Below, in pieces: positions 29,101-35,818 of a stretch of DNA of 64,000 bases. This DNA comes from Prorocentrum cordatum (taxonomy: Eukaryota): the NCBI GenBank assembly GCA_963575745.1, contig CAUYUJ010000002.1:372001-436000 (forward strand), written 5' to 3'. The notes beneath the pieces were generated by a model. The model did no database searches, was not told the origin of the DNA, and saw only the letters and a list, made by a program, of their open reading frames with translations. The position numbers and the translations under genes are program-made. Positions within the stretch are counted from its first letter, which is position 1; the number at the start of each line of letters is the position of its first letter.

Positions 29101-31651
29101 TCGGCGGCTCGGGGACCGCTGGGTCGCGCTGGATGGTGTTGCGTAAGTTGCGTGTCGGTGGCTTGAGGGCAGTGTAAGGCATACCAGGGCCTGAAGGCGC
29201 CTGGGGCCTGTCGGGGGATGCATAGCGTGCCCGCCGTCGTGGTGGTTGGGTGTCCGCGTCGGGGGATGGACCACGAGCGTCAGCGTGTCGGAAGATAGAC
29301 CACGGGCTATCATGGGTGCGCTCACGCGTTTCCCTTGCCTCGGTGTCGCTGCCGTGTGCTGTGGCGTCCTCGTTAGTAGGTAGGTTACCGACTGTTGCGC
29401 CGCTCTTGGAGCCGTCTCGTGGAGTCGGGCTGGTCGATCTTGGTGTGACAGACGAGGCTCGCGATACGGCGGCTGTGACTTCGACAGTGGCGGCGGTGGT
29501 GGCGGTGGTGACGTCGGCGACCGCGGCGGCAACTGCTGCGGCGTAGTGTTCCTGTAGCAGCGGATGTCGGAGTGCGTGCACATGCTGGTCGTCGTGTTCG
29601 TCGGCGAGCGTGCACGGCATTTTGTATGTGACCTCGTCCCTCGGCCTCCTGCTCGGTTGGCAACAGCGGAGGCACCACTGGGCAGTGGATGAGTCCAGGG
29701 CCCGCGCACAGATGCGGGCTCCAACGTGTCCGACAGCTCCCTGGGCAAGAAGTTTGGCACCAACGAGTAGAAGACCACACACGACTCCACCCGTGGCAAT
29801 AGCCCCTAGCTTGCCGCTGGCCCATTTAAGGGCACCCCCGAGGCCGCCCACGACTGCAGTGGCTCCGCCCGAGACGCTATCTCTGAGTTTGACGCTGGTC
29901 CATTTGAGAGTGGCCCTCAATGTGGACGTGACATTGTATGTCGTTTTGCGTCGGGGTGTGGTGGACACCGATGGGCCTGGTGCCGTCGCTTGGCGTCGTC
30001 GTCGTTGTCGGTAGCTGGGGTCTCGGCTCGGTGTCGGCAAGTACCCATCGATCTGGTCCTTGTACGGCATTGCTATCGCGATGACGTACGTGGCCACCAA
30101 GAGGCAGATGAGGCAGCCACAGTGTCGTGATGCCGCTGCGCTGTGCTGGGGCTCGTGGGGACCGCTGGCATCTGGGTACTCATCATCGATGGGATCGCTG
30201 TCGATGTCGGCCTGCCCGTGGTCAGTGGCACTGGAGTTGGAGTCGGTCACGCTGTCACGGTGCACGGAGGTGAAGGGCGTGGTGCTGCCAACTGCGGTCT
30301 GGGGATGTCCAGGTCTAGCCAGTGGTGCAGCGGGGCTGAAGCCGCCACTGCCCGAGCTGGCATGAGCTGGCGATGCAGTGGAATGGCTTGGCACGTCAGC
30401 GGCAGTGACGCCTTCAGCGTCGTTGAGCCGAGCGCTGGGGTCGGCCTGAGCTGAGGTGTGGGGCGGACTGCTTTGCAACGAGGTGTGCCCAAAGTAGGGT
30501 TCACTGTCGCGGTCACTCTGGGCCGAGTTGCCTAGTGGTATCGTGTCGTCTCGATCCTGGGTATCGATGCCGTCCTGGCTGTCCTCCGACGCGTGGAACG
30601 AGTCCATGGATGTGTTGCCGATGTCGCTGGCCGCGATGTGCTGAAGCAGCCATGATACAGGGTCATCTGCGGCCTGATCGGTGGCGTCCATCGGCGCCGC
30701 GGCGAGCTCCGCCTCGACGAGCGGCAGCATGTCTGGCGGTTGGTGCAGGATCACGTCGGCGAGGTACGCCATGGCGTCTTGGTCGGGTGGAGGGAGGCCT
30801 CTTGGCAGCAGAGCATGGGCCCGTGAGAGGTATGGCGGCAAAGGTGCCGTATAAGCCTCAGGGCCGACGAGAGTGGCACGAGCACCCTGGTATTCCAGAA
30901 GGAGGCCAAAGTAGCGGGTGGCGTACTCTCGGCTGCTCTGGATACGAGTGAGGTTGCGGTTGATGCGCTGCCTGTCGGGGCCCGCTCTGTGCCAGATGTC
31001 CTCGCACATGTCGACCGCGGTGCGCTGACGCAGGGCGTCGGTTGTGTCCTCAGACTCCTCCTGAAAGAGGTGATCGTACTGTGGCAGATGGAGCGTCGCC
31101 AGGATGTACGGGACGCAGTCCTCGAGCCATGCCCAGAACATGTCCTGGTTGTCCTCACCTGGTGCCCACGCCGCAGCACACGGTATGAGCCGGGCGCGGA
31201 TCATCATCAGGTGCCAGAAAGCAGGGTCCTCCTCAGGTTCGCCCCTAACGCACAGGGGAGTGGTGAGACCCGTAGGGCGATAGCGGGGCACAACAGCGGG
31301 GCTGAAGCCGCCACTGTGTGTCTGGCCAATGCCGCACGGACCCGCGGCAACGGTGCCGTTCACGATCGGGTCCAAAATGGTGCAGTGATCATACTTGTAG
31401 ATGCTGTCATCGTAGAGGTAGAAAAGGGTCCCACGTTCAGCGTGTCGCAGGAGAACCTCACCTCCATGCTGGGGCGCACCGCCTGAAGACGGGTGTGCTC
31501 CAGCGAGCGAGGGGAGGGCCAGGCTGCAGGCAAGGCGCCACATGATGGCGAGGCCTGGCGGGCGGCGCGAGCGATGAGCCAAAAGCTGCGTGTCAGCACG
31601 CATCCTTAGATACCCTTGCATGCTCATGTACATTGCAACAAACACACCCAC
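26153..31651 (-). CDS. Accessory ORF2 of the 16-kb LINE (up to 1832 aa): signal/TM segments, PARP/ART-like domain, SH3-like, Cys-rich Zn finger, ubiquitin-like
   Basis: Intact 5.5-kb frame between ORF1 and pol. Motifs FWHGT...TYAS..PSLAAWYA, several CxxC pairs, and TVRTVCELIAERIHI...LYW...LDYDMRLCD. Confidence applies to coding status; the domain names are tentative. Confidence 0.75.
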   Translation of the reverse strand: MGVFVAMYMSMQGYLRMRADTQLLAHRSRRPPGLAIMWRLACSLALPSLAGAHPSSGGAPQHGGEVLLRHAERGTLFYLYDDSIYKYDHCTILDPIVNGTVAAGPCGIGQTHSGGFSPAVVPRYRPTGLTTPLCVRGEPEEDPAFWHLMMIRARLIPCAAAWAPGEDNQDMFWAWLEDCVPYILATLHLPQYDHLFQEESEDTTDALRQRTAVDMCEDIWHRAGPDRQRINRNLTRIQSSREYATRYFGLLLEYQGARATLVGPEAYTAPLPPYLSRAHALLPRGLPPPDQDAMAYLADVILHQPPDMLPLVEAELAAAPMDATDQAADDPVSWLLQHIAASDIGNTSMDSFHASEDSQDGIDTQDRDDTIPLGNSAQSDRDSEPYFGHTSLQSSPPHTSAQADPSARLNDAEGVTAADVPSHSTASPAHASSGSGGFSPAAPLARPGHPQTAVGSTTPFTSVHRDSVTDSNSSATDHGQADIDSDPIDDEYPDASGPHEPQHSAAASRHCGCLICLLVATYVIAIAMPYKDQIDGYLPTPSRDPSYRQRRRRQATAPGPSVSTTPRRKTTYNVTSTLRATLKWTSVKLRDSVSGGATAVVGGLGGALKWASGKLGAIATGGVVCGLLLVGAKLLAQGAVGHVGARICARALDSSTAQWCLRCCQPSRRPRDEVTYKMPCTLADEHDDQHVHALRHPLLQEHYAAAVAAAVADVTTATTAATVEVTAAVSRASSVTPRSTSPTPRDGSKSGATVGNLPTNEDATAHGSDTEARETRERTHDSPWSIFRHADARGPSPDADTQPPRRRARYASPDRPQAPSGPGMPYTALKPPTRNLRNTIQRDPAVPEPPKSILNALYQNGFALGNSGVSTEDIKDALRLHDHPRFTHDPTLQALGPWTDIMQRPPNRLTWVLEDSGGNSGETIFPYLTWDLRQPITDAPTVFWHGTRGDLAARLAASGGHLLPGPRREAKGRTGTNVGRTYASVHPSLAAWYAMPPHPPYSLEDDTLAWGPIALWMCEATQPPRGENRHNYVKGEAHGARLIYPRVLSLLIRMDWCAPTEAASRCRALPHAYGMGDCAHALHIAGYDHPDLREAAEAHDQEASTRRRPAIAAAWPPPQALYAPEAARAWAKQHYDTEAATRDDPNQPRPRVSLHILQLDPKPLIDLVYTGLQAVPVRGHPDARGSRPSGSSPGAASGPPRTYKSGTALAYSPDRSSTSSGVDERRTPSLISAAAALARGRARPRRSASRSSRQSDGNSTSDNSGIETWEHIVTEEEPTAYHVLAYHVRDVRSRVNAPGIEVWLDPGDHHDGAYLPWGTTVMGHRVTDPAVDGRDGWVILHHDHGDTTTKLWAPTQVHVKADDSWRTVMVPADMGPQWISCHAEDARLPAEVVRTTGQSWFADVWPLWDRPRPHPDDPGTNEHALPPLPGRWSCLQCRFQCCQYCAARRNTQLGTSGQPTCPDCGRSGLRTLMDWSTDYSCNSWTCAYSTNNRDSDTCCLSSRCPHPPRPHNLLDVRATGMPPHILARQFGNAPALHDLKEPPRAPSGPGGEPPQPGQAGYQGQWYFPPQPRRVPRQGLPDGTRRPPGFTGTGMPEEPSPDQPLWREGFVLFSPHQALKEELTFNKTVRRPYSLAITNMYRDRVTVRTVCELIAERIHITRTRWRDVVLYWDAEGGPGPQALDYDMRLCDAMVSRATTEAELNHDRSNRGSFCLYGPAHQRAVNITAIAEPQNIDYMEHVRRYSPVGRTYPDHAFEHVYRGWQRPDVPTILPDTRPLSRADWQRHQQHQQRIQQRDHVTQDSTARHASAPPRESRQAATRPTTGLPPTTVAP

Positions 31652-31804
31652 AGCAAGATGACAGGTGTCCCTACACCAGATAGCTTGCTCGTGCTGCTGC
31701 CAAAACTGACATGATATAACAAGAAGGAGATATGACGCGAAGTGAGAAGAGATGCCTCTGAAGGCGCTTCCTCGGAGGGCTGAGGCAGGCTCTCTGAGGC
31801 ACCT

Positions 31805-34375
31805 TCAATAGGGTTCCTGAGTGGCCCGACCCTTGTCTTTGCCTTTGTCAGCCCCTGGGGGCCCCGTCCCTGGGGTGACCTGGCCTGGCTGGTCAATCCA
31901 CCCGCAGACAGCCACGGGATCGGCAACTGATGCAGCTTCCTCCTTTTTGGTTTCGAGGGTGGCCACCTGTGGCAGGTGGATGGTGCCCCCCGTGAGGTGC
32001 CCGAGGAGGGCCTGGATGTCGCCACGCAGTGCAGCAGCTTCGGTAGTTGCCGTCTGTTGCTGAGTGACGACGGTGGCAAGCCCTCGTTCCAAACCTGAAA
32101 CGTGCTCCGTGAGTGTGGCCTGGGATGAGAGAACGCCCGCAAGCTGGACCTGCATGTTATCCACCGTGTTCGCAAGCAGCTCGTGCTGTTGTTCCATGTG
32201 TTGGATGCGGGTCGTGGCGGCCTCTGACAGTTTAGGGGCCGTAGCGAAGCGTTCGTCGAGGGTGTTCAGTTCGCGAGATGCCACGCTGAATTCGTCTCCT
32301 GATGAGAGGATCTCGACGTCGTCATTGTCGCCTGGTACCTCGGCGGCTGTGGCAACGTCCCCTTCCGTGTGGCCCCCGCCTTCAGCCGCCACCGTGCCTA
32401 GTTGCGGGTCATGCCCACCTGGTCCTTGGACGGCCGTCTGCTCGGCAGCTCCATCCGTGCCGTGCTGGGGTGCAGAGGAGCTGCGGCCTGGGGCGCCGTG
32501 TGATCTTGCGTGCGGCGTGGCGTCGCGTTTCCCGCTGGAGGATCGGTGGCGCTTGGCTAGAGGCTCCTCCTTGGGGATCGGGAGCGGTGCGACGCCCTTG
32601 CCTTTGGGCGTGGCAGTCATGAGGTCGTGGAGGTAAGGGCTCTGGGCCGCTTTGGTTAGGAGTGTGCCCGTGGCGGGGCTGAAGCCGCCACCACGGGCTG
32701 GCGGCGTCACAGGCTCTGTGATAGTGGTAGGGGTGACAATGGTAACGTTGTCCCTCTTCGGCACCACCTCAGCCAACGGGGCCTCGGTGATGCTCCACGG
32801 GATGGGGCACCCTGCGACCTGTACCGTATATGTGGGTGGGGGACGATGGGCGCGCACTAAGGCAAACTGAGCCGAAGTGGCTGGGTCCCAGGCGGTGTGG
32901 TAGACCTCACAGTCCCATTTGACGGACGGGCCCGTGAGAGTCTTAGCAAGCTGGGTCAGCGTGGCGTGGCGTGCCGCAATGCCAGTAATGCGGTATCGCG
33001 TCTTGGCGAGGGTGGCTTCACAGCCACGGATGCTGACGGCAGCAGCCTTGGCGGCGTCTGACCCTCGTGCAACACGGATCCCCAATAAGCCTGACTTGCC
33101 GTGCCTGACGACTCCTAGGGCCTTGAAGTCCACCGACTTCTGGAACGCATCTGCCATCGTGATGGGCTGGTCCTCAGGGAACCACACGGTCTGGTACTTG
33201 TCTGCAGTGGGCTCGTCTGCACCTACGTTGCTGAGGTCGTAGGTGGCGCCGAGTTGCCCTGAACCCGCCAAGACCTTGTCAACCGCTTGAAGACTGACGC
33301 CGAAGGTGGCAGCCAGGGACCTCTTTCCGACGCCTGATCCGTACCTGCCTAGGCTTTTGCAGGGTTCGAGGATGGTGACGGCTTTAAAGTTGCCGTGGAA
33401 GAGGGCCTTGAAGGTGTCCTGGAGCTGACTATCGAGCTCCTGGCGGCGAGCGTCTTTCTTGGACTCCCTGTGCTTTTGGTTTTGGCGCGCCTTGTCCTGT
33501 GGAGCGGTGTCCTTTCGGAAAGGACCCTTGGCGCGTGGACCACCGTTCACGGGGGCACCTCCCGAGAACTGATCCTCGAAGGCCTGATGCATGGAGGGGA
33601 CTGCGGCGATGGCTTCGGTTTCATGTATGGTCACCCGAATCCAGCATACGTGGTCGGCAGGATCGATGGTGGCGACGGCAACTTTTTCCGTGCAGGCGAC
33701 TTCCTTGGTGCCCAGCTGGTACACGGTCACGGGGACGTGCGTGTGGACCACTTTGGGCGCCTTGGGGTGGCGCTTCAGCACGGGGACGGCGAGCTCGGTA
33801 CCGACGTAGTTATCGTTTTTTGGGCCCATGACAGCAATCGCAAGCTGACCCGTGGTACGCTTACCCTGCTCGAGATGGTGCTGCAGCAGCCGTTCACCGC
33901 TCTCGTAGTCGTGGAGGCTGATGCTGGGCTTGTACGTCTTGCCGTCATCGAGTGATGTGGGTTCGGCCAGGACTGGGACCTTCCAGAAGGCCGGGTCCAA
34001 GGCAATGAATTGGGCGTCCGCAGCCTGAAGACGTGCGGACGCAGCTGGTGGGTAGGGTGTGTCACCACCACTGCGCTTAGGCTTGCTGCGCTGGTGGTGA
34101 TCCAGCGTGTAGCTGATCTGGTTGGCGGCACACATGCGGATCAAGGCACTGCCGAGCTTCTTTGTGTTGGTCTTGTGCATGTCGTACGTGGCCTGCAGCT
34201 CGTCCGCGTTCAGCTCGGCGAGCCCGTTGTATGCGGCCGTGGGGCGGTCAGACCCCGCTTGCTTGAAAGCTGCAATGCAGTCCTGTTTGCGTTGGAGGAG
34301 AGACCCTTCAGCTGCAGGACGTGAGCTCGGCGGCTGCTTGGAAGAGCGACGGCGCTCCGGCTTGGCGGGGGCCAT
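31805..34375 (-). CDS. LINE ORF1 (gag-like nucleic-acid-binding protein with C-terminal coiled coil)
   Basis: First ORF, ATG about 160 nt from the 5' end, about 856 aa. Globular core (YQTVWFP, LGVVRHG..LGIRV, YRITGI) and heptad region IQHMEQQHELLANTVDNMQVQL. Confidence 0.75.
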   Translation of the reverse strand: MAPAKPERRRSSKQPPSSRPAAEGSLLQRKQDCIAAFKQAGSDRPTAAYNGLAELNADELQATYDMHKTNTKKLGSALIRMCAANQISYTLDHHQRSKPKRSGGDTPYPPAASARLQAADAQFIALDPAFWKVPVLAEPTSLDDGKTYKPSISLHDYESGERLLQHHLEQGKRTTGQLAIAVMGPKNDNYVGTELAVPVLKRHPKAPKVVHTHVPVTVYQLGTKEVACTEKVAVATIDPADHVCWIRVTIHETEAIAAVPSMHQAFEDQFSGGAPVNGGPRAKGPFRKDTAPQDKARQNQKHRESKKDARRQELDSQLQDTFKALFHGNFKAVTILEPCKSLGRYGSGVGKRSLAATFGVSLQAVDKVLAGSGQLGATYDLSNVGADEPTADKYQTVWFPEDQPITMADAFQKSVDFKALGVVRHGKSGLLGIRVARGSDAAKAAAVSIRGCEATLAKTRYRITGIAARHATLTQLAKTLTGPSVKWDCEVYHTAWDPATSAQFALVRAHRPPPTYTVQVAGCPIPWSITEAPLAEVVPKRDNVTIVTPTTITEPVTPPARGGGFSPATGTLLTKAAQSPYLHDLMTATPKGKGVAPLPIPKEEPLAKRHRSSSGKRDATPHARSHGAPGRSSSAPQHGTDGAAEQTAVQGPGGHDPQLGTVAAEGGGHTEGDVATAAEVPGDNDDVEILSSGDEFSVASRELNTLDERFATAPKLSEAATTRIQHMEQQHELLANTVDNMQVQLAGVLSSQATLTEHVSGLERGLATVVTQQQTATTEAAALRGDIQALLGHLTGGTIHLPQVATLETKKEEAASVADPVAVCGWIDQPGQVTPGTGPPGADKGKDKGRATQEPY

Positions 34376-34533
34376 TGCGGCGGGCACTCTGGTGGGGGGG
34401 ATAGGAGGTGACGCGAATCAGTAGGGTCCTGCTGGGACCCCTCCGGTCTCGCGAGGCCTGGGAGACTGACTCCGAGGCGGGGCGCTTCGCGTCGCGGCTG
34501 CGGTCTGAGTGCAGGGCACTCTCGAGCCGAGAC

Positions 34534-34534
<1 letters not shown>

Positions 34535-34574
<40 letters not shown>

Positions 34575-34580
34575 GGAGAG

Positions 34581-34622
<42 letters not shown>

Positions 34623-34664
34623 CGCGAGCGCGAGCGCGAGCGCGAGCGAGCGAGCGAGCGAGCG

Positions 34665-34708
<44 letters not shown>
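34535..34708. repeat. (GA)n/(GAGC)n spacer between elements A and B
   Basis: Visible run. Confidence 0.95.
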
Positions 34709-34710
<2 letters not shown>

Positions 34711-35818
34711 GACAAGTAGGCGGACCAGGGTCCGTCCGCGAGGCGCACTGCAGTGCGACAACTCGCAAAACACTATTTGCGGCGGTGCAGCCTTTAGATA
34801 CGAGGGCGGGCAACAAAAACCCCCTCCCCCGGCGCAATGCGTCTGAAGCTACTGACGGCGGACAGACTGTGAAGATCTCACGTGTCAGACCGCGTGAAGA
34901 AAAAGGCCCCAACGCAAGTGGCGACGTGAAAAACGAGGCTAAGGCGGCTTGGCGGACCGCCGGTTGGGCGCTTGGCCGCTGCGCGGCGCGCAGAGACGGG
35001 GCACCCCCCGCCCCCGCGCCCAGGCCCCGTGGACGCGGTGCCTCGCGGGCGCACGGGCTGGCGAAAAGAGAAAAGGTGCACCAGCTGGGAGCCGCATGGC
35101 CCAGCACAGTGCGCAGTGACAGAGTCCGCGGCGAGGCGGCGGACGGCAGAGGGGCGCCAGACGCGCCGAGGAAAAGGTGCACCAGCTGGGAGCCGTATGG
35201 CCCAGCACAGTGCGCACAGGCCGAGAACCCCAACAGGAGCGGCAAAAGCTAGCCGACAGCACAGCGGCACCAGCCGCTGCCAGCTAACCTTTAGCCCCCA
35301 TTGGCGGACCTCGAAAGTGACAGAGTCCGCGGCCAGGCGGCGGACGGCAGAGGGGCGCCAGACGCGCTGAGGAAAAGGTGCACATGCTGGGAGCCGAATG
35401 GCCCAGCATGCGCACAGGCGGGGACAGTGCAAGGGTGCAGAGGAGGCCCTCACAGCGGATGCACCCGCTGCCCTTAAGGGAAAGACCTGTACCCCCTTAA
35501 AATCCCGATCGCATCACTGAATGCTGCTGCTCCCAATCACTTCGCCAGGAGCTGTGGCGGAATACACTAATGAGATACAAGTCGACACGAAAATGCATGC
35601 CGCGGGACCTTGCGAAAAACGACCCCTTTTAGCAGAAATGGGTCGTTTTCTCCGGCGGCACACATTCGTGAGGCGTGATGTCAATTACACACGGGTGCGT
35701 GGGGCGGGGCTGGAGCCGCCACCCCCGCCAGCAGGCGCGGCACACCAGGGAACAGCAGCGCCCGGGTGAGCGAGGCAGGACGCGCACATGCGGCGAGGGC
35801 GAGGCCGTACCACGCTGG

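Larger units (their letters stand above)
18492..34535 (-). mobile_element. 16-kb three-ORF LINE (copy A) inserted in (TC)n
   Basis: Bounded by (GA)n tracts. The 5' end TAGTCTCGGCTCGAGAGT is shared with element B; the 3' end ...GGTCCGCCTAC(C/T)TGTCCG is shared with B and C. It carries ORF1, a large extra ORF2 and an APE-RT-Zn-RNase H ORF3. Confidence 0.9.
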
